DNA of 64,000 bases from Felis catus (Eukaryota). Shown here piece by piece: positions 1 through 12,058 of this stretch. The notes beneath the pieces are model-generated. The model was not told the DNA's origin. It did not search any database and worked only from the letters and a program-made list of their open reading frames with translations. Every line of letters starts with the position of its first letter. The first letter of the stretch is position 1. The position numbers and the translations under genes were made by a program. The stretch spans positions 55,926,001-55,990,000 of the forward strand of contig NC_058382.1 in NCBI RefSeq assembly GCF_018350175.1, written 5' to 3'.

Positions 1-99
1 TCAGAAAGCTTCTTTTCCAGCCCGAATTCTGGTGAGAACTACTTGAGCCTGAGCATTGATTTCCCTTATTACATAAAAGCATGAAGGTCCTTATTAGTC

Positions 100-215
100 A
101 TTCCAGAAACATCTATTTCATGCCCACGATGTGCCAGGCAGTGTGGGAGGCTCTGAAGCTACAGTGACAGAAGACACCAGTCTTGCCCCCAAGGAGCCAC
201 CTGTAGAGTGTGGGG
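100..215 (-). mobile_element. L2 LINE 3' end fragment
   Basis: Resembles the antisense L2 tail (tgtgccaggcagtgtg...acagaagaca...gcccccaaggagc). Confidence 0.5.
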
Positions 216-849
216 CGACGGTGGGGCTGATTCTCTCTGCCTTCAACCTCAGATGGCATGCTTGAGATTACATGGTGGTGCTAGTTTCTTATTCCATTCA
301 AGGTCAGTTCCCTGGCCCTTGCAGCGTCAGTGATAGGGCATTCCCCAAATCCCTTGCAGAAAGGATCATTCTTTCCCCTTGAGTAGATTTGAGCCAAGCA
401 TATAATATTGCGTGAATGTTTGAAAACTTCTCCTGGTTCTCAGAATGCAATTCTGACAGTGCTGAAGGCTGCCAATTAAATGAAGATTTAGATAAAGGCT
501 GTGTGGGAGAGGGAACGTAATATTCTTAAACCTAATAATGGTTTCCTTCTGTCTTTTTGAAGCTCTCAAATAATCCTGATTGACTGGCTCTCTGCTTTGG
601 GCATTCCCATTTACTGGACAATTTAATAACATTTAAAATGTTTGACAACCTTTATTTGGGGGCAGACATCCCCAGGGGAGCAGGCTGTGGGTAAGGATAT
701 GAATGCCGTGCAGTTAAAAAGAGGAACCAGGATTTAAATAGGTTCTTTTTACATTCAGAACAAGTCCCCTGCATGCTGCTTATCAGGGGTCACAGAAGGG
801 GTGAGAACAGGCTCTCAGATTGTAATGTTAGACATGAGAAATGTGTAGA

Positions 850-975
850 GACTGCCATGTGCCTTACCTTGAGCTAAGTGCTTTCCTCATATCACCTCAT
901 TTACTCCTCAGGGCAGCAGTGAGGTGAGTTCTCTGACAGTACCCATTATGCAGATGAGGCAGCTGAGGCCCATGG
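850..975 (-). mobile_element. MIR SINE fragment
   Basis: Antisense MIR core 'cccattatgcagatgaggcagctgaggccc' preceded by 'ctcatttactcctca'. Confidence 0.6.
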
Positions 976-1124
976 CCCTGCAACTAATAATTCATGGGAC
1001 TGATAGTTCTCCAGCTTGGGCACATTCTCTTGGCTCTGGAGTATAGGGTGGGCTCCAGGGATTGGAGAGGGGGTTCAGAAAGAAATTCAAGACAATTACC
1101 CTCCCTTTCCCATTGTATCAGGGA

Positions 1125-1340
1125 ATTCATCCATTCATACATTCATTTATTCAACACATTTATTGAGTTCCAGGTATGGTGAGCACTAAGAAAACAGCAA
1201 TGGACACAGCCAGGTCCCTGCTTCGTAGAGCTTTTGTTTTAGTGGTTGAAGCAAACAGTAAAGAAGGCCCATTAGTCATAAATGCTGCACAAACACCAAG
1301 ACGCCATGAGGGATAAAGTGTGATGAGGGTGCTTCCTTCA
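1125..1340 (-). mobile_element. L2 LINE 3' end
   Basis: 'cattcatttattcaacacatttattgag...ggtccctgcttcgtagagctt' matches the antisense L2 terminus. Confidence 0.65.
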
Positions 1341-1885
1341 ACAGTGTGGAAACAGTGTGGAAACTGAGGCCCAGAGTGGGCAAGGTCACCCGCATAGGAA
1401 GGAGTGGAAACAGGATGCCTTAAGGTAACAGCTCACCACTCAAGGGCTTTACATTTTAGCTAGCATTTAGTGGGCACCTGCTTTGTGCCAGGATCTTGAC
1501 AAGGTTCTAAGATGCCTAAGATGCCTAGACACACCCCTTAGACCCTGGCACATCTCCAGGCCAGCAGGGGAGACAGAGAATTAAGCAGAGAGTTAATGTG
1601 CAGAATGGCAAATGCTGGGCTGGTGGGATGAGCTCTGATTTTGATTTGGGAGTACAGAGAAAGAGCATCTGGCCCAGTGAGGGTGGGGCAGCCAAAAGGT
1701 GATATCTGAGCACCGTACTGGCACCATATTGGAGATAGTCAAACAAAGCTGGGAGTGTGGGGATGGAAAGGGGGATTCTAAGCAGAGAAATCAGTGGTTC
1801 ACAGGTATAGGGCGGAGGGAGAATGTCAGCCGGCTCAGCATGGCTGGAGAGAGGGACGCAGGAGTGCACCTGGTTGCATTTGAAT

Positions 1886-1886
<1 letters not shown>

Positions 1887-1933
<47 letters not shown>
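1887..1933. repeat. (GT)n microsatellite
   Basis: Perfect GT run seen directly. Confidence 0.98.
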
Positions 1934-1934
<1 letters not shown>

Positions 1935-2408
1935 TGGTGATGAGATAGGAGGCTGGAGAGGGAGGTAGGGTTGCTCCTAGTTGCTTTCATTTTTTTCAAT
2001 TTTCAAATAGACTGTATTTTTAACAGCAGTTTTAGGTTCATAGTAAAGTTGAATGGAAGGTGCAGAGATGTCACAGATACCTCTTGCCCCCACATACACA
2101 TAGCCTCCTCCACTATCAAAATCCTGCACCACAGTGGTACATTTGTTACAACTGATGAATCTACACTGACACATCCTTATCATTCAAAGCCCATAGTTTA
2201 CATTAGGATTCACTCTTAGTGTTGTACATGCTGTGGATTTGAAATGTGTATAATGGCATGTATTTGGCGTCATAGTATCATATAGACTATCATCTGACTA
2301 CCCAAAAACCTATGTTCTGCTTTTTTATCCCTCTCTCCTCCCTACCCCCTAACAACCACTAATGCTTTTACCATCTCCATAGTTTAGCCTTTTCTAGAAA
2401 GTCATATA

Positions 2409-2756
2409 TAGTTGACCCTTGAACAGTATAGGAGTTAGGAGCTCTGAACCCCTGCAAGTCAGAAATCTGCATATAACTTTTGATTCCCCCCAAATGTAAA
2501 TGCTAATAACCTACCATTGACTGGAAGGAGGCCTTTCTGATGACATAAACAATTGATTAACACATTTTTTTGTATGTTATAGGTAGTATATGTGGCGTTC
2601 TTATAATAAAGTAAGCTAGAGAAAAGAAACTGTTCTCAAGAAAATCATGAGGAAGATAAAATGCATTTATAGTACTATGCTGTATTTATGGAAATAGTCT
2701 GCATATAAGTGGACCTGTATAGTTCAAACCCATGATGTTTAAGTTGTTGCCAAATG
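2409..2756 (+). mobile_element. Tigger2a-like (carnivore form) non-autonomous TcMar-Tigger element
   Basis: Starts (c>t)agttgacccttgaac; internal 'taaagtaagctagagaaaagaaa'; ends 'ataagtggacc..agttcaaacc...caaatg'. TA on both flanks (2407-2408, 2757-2758). Confidence 0.85.
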
Positions 2757-3784
2757 TAATTGGAATTATAGTTGTTCATGCTGGCTTCTTTACTTAGTAA
2801 AGTGCATCTTAGATTCTCCCATGCCTTTTCATGACTTAGTAACTCCTTTCTTTTTATTGCTGAATATATTCCATTGTCTGGATGTACCACAGTTTATTTA
2901 TCCTTCCACCTACTGAAGGACATCTTGCTTGCTTTCAGGCTTTGGTAATTGTGAATAAAGCTGTTATAAATACTTGTGTGAAGGTTTTTGGGTAGACATA
3001 AGTTTTCAACTCCTTTGAGTAAAGAAATACCAGGAAGAACAATTACCGCATCATATAGTATGTTTACTTTTGTAAGAAGCCACCAAATTGTCTTCCAAAG
3101 TGGCTGCACCATTTTGGATTCTCACCAGCAGTGAATGAGAGTTGCTGTTACTTCATATACTCATCAGCATTTAGTGTTGTCAGTGTTTTAGATCTTGGTC
3201 ATTCTCATAGGTATGTAGTGAGTGGTATGTCATTGTTTTAATTTTCAGTTTCCTAATGATGTAGAATGTTGAGCATATTTCCATATGCTTATTTGCTATC
3301 TGTATATCTTCTCTGGTGAGATTTCTGTCAATGTCTTTGGCCAATTTTTTAGTTGTGTGTTTTCTTATTACTGAGTTTTAAAAGTTTTTTTTGTATATTT
3401 TGGATATGCCTTTTGCAAATGTTTTCTCTCAGTGTATAGATTGTTTTCTCATTTTCATAAGAGTGCCTTTTGTAGAGCACAAGTTTTCAATTTTAATAAA
3501 GTTTAGCTTATCAATTCTTTCTTTCTTGGATCATGCCTTTGCTGTTCGATCTAGAAAGTCTTTGCCATACCCGAGGCCATCTAAGTTTTCGACTATGTTA
3601 TTTTCCAGGAGTTATCTAGTTTTATGTTTCACATTTAGGCCTCTGATCCATTTTGAGGTAATTTTTGTGGATTATGTAAAGTCAGTGTCTAGACTTTTTT
3701 TTTTTAATGAGGATGTAGAGTTGTTTTAGCTGTATAGTCTTTGTTCCAAAGACTGTCTTTGCTCCATTGTATTGCCTTTGCTTC

Positions 3785-3868
3785 TTTTTTTTTTTAAAAA
3801 GTGTTTGTTTATTTATTTATTTTGAGAGAGAGAGTGTGTGTGTGTGAGTATGCAAGTAGGGGAGGGGT

Positions 3869-3901
<33 letters not shown>

Positions 3902-4033
3902 GAGTCCCAGGCACGCTCTGTGCTGTCATTGCAGAGCCTCATGCATGTGGACTCCATCTCATGAGTCGCAAGATCATGACCTGAGCCAAAATCAAGTGTG
4001 GGACACCTAACCTACTGAGCCACCCAGGCACCC
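3785..4033 (-). mobile_element. Can-SINE (SINEC_Fc-like)
   Basis: T-tail, GA tract and 'tgagccacccaggcaccc' head. TSD tattgcct(t/c)tgcttcttt at 3770 and 4035. Confidence 0.95.
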
Positions 4034-4541
4034 ATATTGCCTCTGCTTCTTTTTCAAAGATTAGCTGACTATTTTTATGTGACTCTGTATTCTATTCTAG
4101 TCATTTTTTTCACCAAAGCACACTGTCTTTATTATTATAGTTTTAGAATTAAGTTGAGTTGTGTCAGTTCTCTGACTTTACTGTGGTGGCTATTCTGGGG
4201 GTTTTGTCTCTCCATATAATCTTTAGAGTAAGTTTGTTGATATCCACAAGATAACTTTCCAGGATTTTGATAGGGATTGTGTTGACTCCACAGATCAAGT
4301 CGGGAAGAACTGACATATTGCCAATATTGAGGCTTCCTATTCACAAACATGAAATAGGTCCCCATTTATTGAATTCTTTGATTTCTCTCAAAAGAGTTTT
4401 ATAATTTTCCTCATACAGATTTTGTGCATATTATGTTCAATATATACCTAAGTATTTAATTTTGGGAGGTTGCTAATGTAAATGGTATTATGTTTTTAAT
4501 TTCAAATTTCTCTTATTTATTGCTGGTATACAGGAAACTGA

Positions 4542-4920
4542 TTTTTTAAATTTATATTTATATAGTTAGTTAACATATAGTGTAGTCTTGGCTTCAGGAG
4601 TAGAACCCAGTGATTCATCTCTTACGTATGATACTCAGTGCTCATCCCAAAAAGTGCCCTCCTTAATGCCATCACCCATGTAACCCATCCCCCTACCTAC
4701 CTCCCCTCCAGCAACCTCAGTTTGTTCTCTATATTTAAGAGTCTCTTATGGGTTGCCGCCCTCTCTGTTTTATTTTATTTTTCCTTCTCTTTCCCTATGT
4801 TCATCTGTTGTGTTTCTCCAATTCCACATATGAGTGAAATATGATATCTGTCCTTCTCTGACTGATTTATTTCACTTAGCATAATTCCTTCTAGTTCCAT
4901 CCATGTTGTTGAAAATGGCA
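4542..4920 (-). mobile_element. 5'-truncated carnivore L1 3' end (L1_Carn/L1_Fc-like)
   Basis: 'tagttaacatatagtg...ttcaggagtagaacccagtgattcatc...ccacatatgagtgaaa'. TSD aggaaa(c/g)tgatt at 4532-4543 and 4921-4932. Confidence 0.88.
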
Positions 4921-5040
4921 AGGAAAGTGATTGACGTGTATATTAATGTCTTCTGGAAAGTGGGTATAATTACTTTTTATTTTCAGAAGTTTTACTGATT
5001 CCTTCAGATTTTGTACATAGACAATCATGTTATCAGAGAG

Positions 5041-5253
5041 CTAAGACAGTTTTATTTCTTCCTTCCCAATCAGTATACCTTTTATTTTCTTTTCTTGTCT
5101 TATTGCATTAACTAGGACTTCCTCTGCAATGTTGAAAAGGAGTGGTGAGAGGGAACCTTCTTGCCTTGTACCTGATTTTAGCAGGAAAGTTTCGAGTTTC
5201 TTACCATTAAATATGATGTTAGCTGTAGAATTTTTGTAGATGTAATTTTTCAA
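5041..5253 (-). pseudogene. L1 ORF2 reverse-transcriptase remnant (non-functional)
   Basis: [58 protein letters not shown] matches the L1 RT region. A stop falls before the FADD motif. Confidence 0.92.
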
Positions 5254-5504
5254 GTTAAGTTCCCCTCTATTCCTATGCTGCTGAGAGTTTTTATTATGAA
5301 TAGATGTTGGATTTTGCCAAGTGCCTTTTTTGGACCTACTGATATAATCGTGTGATTTTTTTGTTTTCTTAGCTTGTTTATATGATGGATTACATTAATG
5401 GATTTAAGAATGTTAAACCAGCCTTGCATACCTGGGATAAATTACATCTTCATTGCATTTTAATATCCTTTTTTCTTTCTGTATCTGTCTCAAGAAAGAG
5501 TATA

Positions 5505-5745
5505 ACCCATGGTTTAAGACTGGAGTCAGGTTGCCTGAATTTAAATTATACCTCTATTGCTTATTAAGTGTGTGGACTTGTGTAAGTTATTTAACTTCTT
5601 AACGCCTCAATTTCCACATCTATTAACTAATATAAAATAGTACTGATCCCAAAGGGTGATTGTGAGATTGTGAATATTAAATTATACCTGAAGAGCATAG
5701 GACTCTACCTAGTACACAGTGGATGTCATGATGGTGTGCCATGCT
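5505..5745 (+). mobile_element. MIR SINE
   Basis: 'ctggagtcag..gcctgaatttaaat...aagttatttaacttct..gcctcaatttccacatct'. Confidence 0.65.
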
Positions 5746-5868
5746 TATTTCTCTCCATTTAAACGTATTCTAGGTGAGTTCTGTTTCACTTTGTTTTCCC
5801 AGTGCCTATTAAAAAATAGAAAAATAGATCCTCAGCAAAAAAACCACTATAGAATAAGTGTATATTTT

Positions 5869-5870
<2 letters not shown>

Positions 5871-5903
<33 letters not shown>
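5871..5903. repeat. (GT)n microsatellite
   Basis: Perfect GT run. Confidence 0.97.
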
Positions 5904-5904
<1 letters not shown>

Positions 5905-6470
5905 TGAGTCTGTAATTGTACTTCAGTTATACACTTGATATTCAGATAAATTAGCCCCAAAGATGAATTTTCTTGGATTTATCTGATCATAGCCCCTAGA
6001 CATTTTCCATTGTCTTATGGTGACTTTAATCTCTTTCTGGTCATCGTTCTGGGTTATTCATAGTAGCTGCAAACAGGGAGCCTACCAGTGAGGTTCAATA
6101 GGTATTATTATCCCTATTTTATACAAAATTATGCCATGAGGAAAAAACAATACATAGTTGCTGATAGTTCCCAAGGATTGATACAACTTTTTCAAAGATT
6201 TAGCATCATCTGTGTTCCGCATTTAGAAGGTATAACTTGTCTATTTGACCCTGGTCCCACTACTCTCTCTCCATTTTTATCGTGTTGGAATCAGAACACT
6301 CAGTATTACCCCAAAGGTAGAAACACATAATTCATAAACAGATACAAGATGGGCGATAGCAATGGAAAGATGGTCTTGGCATTGAGGAGGAAATGCCAGA
6401 AGCAAGGCTACAGAAGCAGTGTGCCAGCTGAGCTCATGCGCCATTCGTGAGCATTTGTACAAAACTATTA

Positions 6471-6685
6471 TTTTTTTATTTTTTATTTTAAAATGTATTT
6501 ATTTTGAGAGAGAGAGAGAGGGTGTGTTAGTGGGAGGGGCAGAGGGAGAGAGAGAGAATCCCAAGCAGGCTCTGCACTGTCGGCACAGAGCCTGATGCAG
6601 GGCTTGAAGTCACTAACCATGAGATTATGACCCAAGCTGAAACCCAAAGTCGGATGCTCAACCGACTGAGCCACCCAGATGCCCC
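6471..6685 (-). mobile_element. Can-SINE
   Basis: Full head-to-tail match. TSD tgtacaaaactatta / tctacaaaattatta. Confidence 0.95.
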
Positions 6686-6856
6686 TCTACAAAATTATTA
6701 AAAATGGCAGTGTGTATCCACTCCCATGTAGAAATTGGTACAAAAAATATGTATAAAAATGTACATTTCAGATAAGGAAAGAGTATATCATAGCTGTTGC
6801 AAACACATAAAAACCATATGTATGAACACAAACTCCCTTATAGGAAATTTCCTTAT

Positions 6857-7078
6857 GGGGTGCCGGGGTGGCTCAGTCGGTTGAGCGGCCGACTTCAGCT
6901 CAGGTCATGATCTCGCGGTCCGTGAGTTCGAGCCCTGCATCAGGCTCTGTGCTGACAGCTCAGAGTCTGGAGCCTGTTTCAGATTCTGTGTCTCCCTCTC
7001 TCTGACTCTCCCCCGTTCATGCTCTGTCTCTGTCTGTCTCAAAAATAAATAAACGTTAAAAAAAAAATTAAAAAAAAA
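6857..7078 (+). mobile_element. Young felid SINEC_Fc
   Basis: ggggtgccggggtggctcagtcggttgagcggccgacttcagctcaggtcatgatctcgcggtccgtgagttcgagccc...aaaaataaataaacgttaaaa, with many CpGs retained. Confidence 0.97.
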
Positions 7079-7222
7079 TTCCTCCCTCCTCCCCCAAAAA
7101 ACCCACTGTGTCCGTAGGAGCTCACCCCAGGGCCAGTACTGTGTGAGACACTGGGAACACAACAATGAGTGAGAGGACTCATGAAAATGTCATTACAAAA
7201 TGGGAAAATCTGAACATTAGTA

Positions 7223-7432
7223 CAAGGTTTCTCCACCGTGGCACCGTTGTCATTTGTACCAGATGATTCTGTGTGGTGGGTGCTATCTTGTGCAAAGTGG
7301 GATGTCTAGAAGCATCCCTGCCCTTGACCCACTAAACCTGCTCCCCCCACCTGTGACCACCAAAAATGTCTACAGATATTGTCAAGTGTCCCCTGGTGGG
7401 GGATACAAAATCATTCCATATTGAGACCTTTG
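7223..7432 (-). mobile_element. MER20 (hAT-Charlie)
   Basis: 'caaggtttctccacc..ggcac...gtgaccaccaaaaatgtctacagatattgtcaagtgtcccctgg' matches reverse MER20. Confidence 0.85.
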
Positions 7433-7487
7433 CTTTAAGAAAATGGTTATGAAGTGATGGAACATCCATTCCATAGAAAACAAAAAC

Positions 7488-7613
7488 AGCAGCACCTGGG
7501 TGGCTCAGTTGGTTAAGCATCTGACTCTTAATTTCAGCTCAGGTCATGATCTCACACTTTGTGAGATTGAGCCCTGAGTCGGACTCTGCACTAACAGTGA
7601 GGATTCTGCTTGG

Positions 7614-7663
<50 letters not shown>

Positions 7664-7732
7664 TCCCCTCCCCCACTGGTGCTCTCTGTTTCTCTCAAAA
7701 TAAATAAACTAAAAAGAAAAAGAAAGAAAAAA
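7488..7732 (+). mobile_element. Can-SINE
   Basis: 'gcacctgggtggctcagttggttaagcatctgact...', then a long (CT)n tract and an A-rich tail. Confidence 0.95.
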
Positions 7733-7796
7733 CTCTTTAACAGAAAAAATAAAACTAAAATGATAACTGGGAAAATCGATGGAAAAATGATGTTGG

Positions 7797-8020
7797 TTTT
7801 TTTAATCTGTTTAATTTTTTTAATGTTTATTTATTTTTGAGAGACAGAGCACGAGTGGGGGAGGGGCAGAGAGAGGGAGAGACAGAATTTCAAGCAGGCT
7901 CCAGGCTCTGAGCCGTCAGCACAGAGCCTGATGTAGGACTTCAACACATGAATCGTGAGATTGTGACCTGAGCCAAAGTTGGACGCTTGGCCGACCGTAT
8001 ACCTGGAACCCAGGTGCCCC
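7797..8020 (-). mobile_element. Can-SINE (SINEC_Fc-like)
   Basis: Body matches the family. TSD aatgatgttggttttt / agtgatgttaattttt. Confidence 0.95.
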
Positions 8021-9799
8021 AGTGATGTTAATTTTTAAAAGCAGAAAGAATGACTTCATTTACTCTATAGGTTGCATCCAGCTTGGCTGAGGTTCTAGGT
8101 TCAGAGGAAGCTGTTGAGAAAAGGAGGAGAGAAAAAATGGTGGCTGGAGTCCAGGGAACCTCAATGAACTGAGTATACTGGTTTACCCAGGATTCAGAAC
8201 CCAAAGGTAAACACAGGTCAGTCAGATATGAGTAAAGCAGTCAAATCTGGGAGCATGGAAATGGAGTGTCAAAAGTGAGTTAAGCCAAGGCAGACAAACG
8301 TGGGTCTATCAGGGGTGATATGTAAACTGTTTTGCAACAAAATATGGCAGAGGGACCACCAGTCATAACAGTCCTGTGCTGAAACCATCCAATCTGGGCA
8401 TTCCTGTGCCTGCAAGGGTCAGGGGGAAATCCTACAGGTGAGAGAGTACCCACTGACCAGAGTCAGTCCATCTAGCCATGGTCCATCAGGGGCACAGGGG
8501 CTAATTTTAGATCAAGACCTGGAAAAACGTAAACAGTCAGAGGCCAGGGATGATGTGGAAGAAATAAGGCCTAGGGCCCAGGGAGAAAATCCGTTGGAGG
8601 GTTGAGTTATGCTGAATCCCATATACTGTGTACCTGGAACCAAAGACAACAGAGCAGCCTCAGACATAAATTATGTATACGCGTGAACAAAGACAGAAAG
8701 GGAGCACAGAAAAATGAAAACACTTTGATTTGTAGGGCTTTCAGCATCGTAGGTGATTTTTTTTTCCTTCCTTTATTTAGAGGTCTGTTGATGCTGCTAC
8801 AATTTTGTTCTGGCAATAAAAGTAAAATATATGTGGATGTTAACAAAGATGAGAAGAGCCTTTGGAAGCCTATAACTGGTTAGAATTTAATATTCATTAG
8901 GTTTAAGAAAATCTATTAAGTTCATTGAATAAGTCATAAAGGCAAACCAAATACCCACCTTCTTCCCTCCCAGGAACATGGCAGTGGCCCCTTCAAAGCA
9001 GGCCTGGTCTCTGTGAAGGAAGGGGTCACCGAGTATGTGATGATTGCCCAGGGACCACTGTGATGTTTCATGCCGGAGGGATACAGCTGTCCATTTCCTC
9101 TGCCTCCTCTCATCCTGCTCCAGTAACAGCTCATTGTTCATGCTGACCCAGAGAGGTTGGCCTCAAGCTCTCCCCTCCCCATGTTGTAGGGAGAGATAGT
9201 CCTGAGGACACATGCATCATCCATCGCAACAGATTAGCTCTGATCACAGCCTAATTACGTGAAGTGCAGCCAAACCCCTTATTTATGCTTTTCTGGGACG
9301 GGCAGGAACAGATAGGAATGGGAAATTGAGGGACATTAAGAAACAGACTAAAATATAGCTTGTCATGCTTTAATATGAGCACTATTAATGACGCATTATT
9401 GCAAGCACTGAGTAAAGAGGTTGTCGCCAGCTCATTTATGCCAGGCAGCCAGCAGACCTTTCTTCCCAAGAGGGGGGTTAGTGCAGGTACCTCCTTGGTG
9501 AAAGCCTGGCTATCAGCAACAGCACCTTGTGGAAGGCCAGCCTGTTGGGTTGCCGCAGGGCAACTGTGCAACTCCAAAAAGGATGCTAAATGCATATAGG
9601 AAGCTCTGTGCCTTGAGGCTACTTTACAGCAAATATATTGGCACATCTGCCTTTTATTCTATTAGAAATGAATGCAAATTGTAGAAACCTGGCTTATTAT
9701 TAATAGAGAACACCAAGTGTTGGGGGAAACCTCAATTAGGGGATAATGAGCTAGCACTCAGATATTCACACACATACAGATGTGTATCCCATCAGAATA

Positions 9800-10200
9800 T
9801 CTAATGGAAACAATTTAGGAAAAAGCTAATGTATGCCCTTCAATTAGGGGACTCATTAAATCTATACTGTCCAATACAGCAGCTACTAGCCACATGTGAC
9901 TAGTTATGTTTAAATTTTAATTAATCAAATTAAAGAAAATTAAAAATTAACAATTCAGCCCCTCAGTCTCCTGAGGCCCATTTCAAGTGTTCAGTGCCTC
10001 CTGTGGCTAATGGCTACCGCATTATACAGTGCAAGACATAGGACATCTCTATCATCATGGGGACATCTGTCGGGCAGCACCGGGTTAAATAAATGATGAT
10101 GCATCCGTATAACAGACTCTGCATATTCTCAGATGAGCAAGGTAGACACAGAACTTGTAACACGAAAAGGTCTCCTTTGTTTGTTGTCTGGAAACAAGTT
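9800..10200 (+). mobile_element. Old L1M 3' fragment, split by MER3
   Basis: 'tgcccttcaattaggggact...ggttaaataaatgatgatgcatccgtataacaga' resembles the L1 motif 'tgtccatcaataggggaatggttaaataaattatggtacatcc'. Confidence 0.5.
9862..10082 (-). mobile_element. MER3 (hAT-Charlie)
   Basis: 'ctgtccaatacagcagctactagccacatgtg...catttcaagtg...tgtggctaatggctacc'. Flanked by 8-bp cattaaat / ggttaaat. Confidence 0.85.
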
Positions 10201-11750
10201 ACAAAACTTTATATTAATTTTAGTTAATAAAAAAAATGCAGTGTGCTCACACACACACGTGTACACACATACTTTTTGTATTGCTGTAGGAAGAACAGTC
10301 GAAGGGCACTCACCAAATTGTTAGCAGTAGTTGTCTTGAGAAGGAAGTAGATGTTTACTTTGTATTTTCTCGAAACACTTATGTACTGTCTGAATACACT
10401 TCAAGGAGAGAGTATTACTTCTGTACTTAAAAAGAGATTAATTTGATGAGAACTAATGAGGAAAATTGAGAAACAATTGAGGGCGTTTTCTTTCTCTGGG
10501 TCTTTAGTTGTGAAAGCCTGGCTAATGAGGCCACCTGGGTGACCAGACGACTGGATGGCATGTTAGAGAGGGCCATCATGGGAGGGGAAGGGGGCTGGTT
10601 CAGAGCAAATCTGTCCCTGCTGCTCTCAAGACACACCCATAAGTGTGCCCTCCTTGTGTTGAATGTTCTGTTCTGGTACAGAGACAAAAGCACCTTATAA
10701 TCATTTCTGAGCACCTCTTGTTAATCTGAGAGAGTCAGTAGAACTCTCTGCTAGCCTCTGCTATGGGATAAAGCAGAGAAACACTGGGCCTAAATGTCCA
10801 ATAGCATTCGGGAGGCATGTGCCACCACCAGCCCACGTCAGCAGTTCCTCTGCCCTGTAGGAAGGGAACAAAAAAACCTGTCTTTTCAGACTGGTGTCAA
10901 AGAATGAAAATCATGAGTATGTGGGTGAGTGAAGTGCCCTTATCCATCATATCCGAGAGAACCTACCTCTCTGCTGGCTTTTGTTCTAAGAGAATAAAGC
11001 CCAGAAGTGGAGAAGAAATACTTCCTTTTTTAGTTTCTCTTCAGAAATTAATCTCTGTCCTCCAGCATCACAGACCTTCTACTTTGGGATGCAAGTCACG
11101 TGAACTCTTAGGACAGTTCTAGATCCACTTGTGCTCCTATAGCTGTAGGTCATTAGGCAGAGTTCCTTGACTTTGAAACTCAGTCTCATTCTGGGGAAAA
11201 CAGGATATTACCAGCCCCTAACTTTGGGCGGTTACTCAAAGTCAAAGGGAGAAGAAGGGTGGGCACCTTAGGTCTGGCACAAGGCAAGTGCTACATTAAT
11301 GTTAGCTTCCGTTGACATTAGTATTGCTTCTTGTTGAGCAACCCTGCAAAGCCATTTGCCGTTACCTGTTCTTGTGGCCATTTCTCTTCTCCCCAGAAGG
11401 AAGGATTGTTGTCAGAGGGCAAGAGTGTCCTACTGCATGATATAATTTTTTTTTAATCTCCCTGATCTGTGACAGTGATCTACGCTAGCTAACTGATAAA
11501 GTCAGGATGAGAGCCTGGTGCCTGAGGGTAAGAGCCGAGTGATGTCCAGTGGAAGCTGCCAGCCAGTGAGCCCAGCACAGTCCTGGGGTCCTGTTAATGC
11601 AGTAGGTGGGTAAGAGGAGTCAGCTATGACTTTAAAGCATAACTTTCTTGGGGAGAAGGCTGGAAGTCTTCCCATCTTGATGACAGGGAGAAGGGATCCA
11701 AATTTTTCCTGCATATTTCATTAAAACAGCCTCACTTTCTATGGGAGATT

Positions 11751-11772
11751 CCCCCCCCCCCCCCCCCCCCCC
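11751..11772. repeat. Poly-C tract (C22)
   Basis: Homopolymer seen directly. Confidence 0.95.
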
Positions 11773-11957
11773 GCCAAAGAGAAGGAAATCTTGTTTATCT
11801 TTGTCTATTGACTGTACTTACAACTGCACCGGGCTTGTTTAGTCCATGAAAAGGAGGATTTATTTTTACCTAGTGACAGATTATTATTGAAACAGTAACA
11901 ACAACATTACTCATATTTTTTTGATAATGTATGGTATAGAAAGTAGGTTAAAGTATT

Positions 11958-12052
11958 TTATACACATATATGTATGCATGTATATGTGTGTATGTGTATG
12001 TATGTATGTAGGTGTGTGTGTGTATGTGTGTGTATATATATACATACATACA
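11958..12052. repeat. Compound (TG)/(TATG)/(TA) microsatellite
   Basis: Low-complexity alternating purine/pyrimidine run. Confidence 0.85.
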
Positions 12053-12058
12053 AACACA

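Larger units (their letters stand above)
1989..5455 (-). mobile_element. Old L1 (L1MC1-like): 3'UTR plus decayed ORF2, interrupted by three younger insertions
   Basis: The 3'UTR 'atagactgtatttttaacagcagttttaggttca...gtggtacatttgttacaactgatgaa' is L1MC-type. Minus-strand frames give L1 ORF2 motifs (VQPLWKT at 2894-3112; RT segment at 5041-5253). Confidence 0.9.

Noticed and set aside
6857..6940. tRNA gene (A and B boxes present)
   Set aside because: It is the tRNA-derived head of a SINE and continues into the CT tract and poly-A tail.
8060..8600. Possible processed pseudogene or Gypsy-type LTR relic
   Set aside because: No poly-A, TSD or recognisable peptide, and too diverged to assign by eye.
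9251..9646. 131-aa minus-strand ORF
   Set aside because: No recognisable domain or splice context; the length is within chance expectation for six frames of 64 kb.
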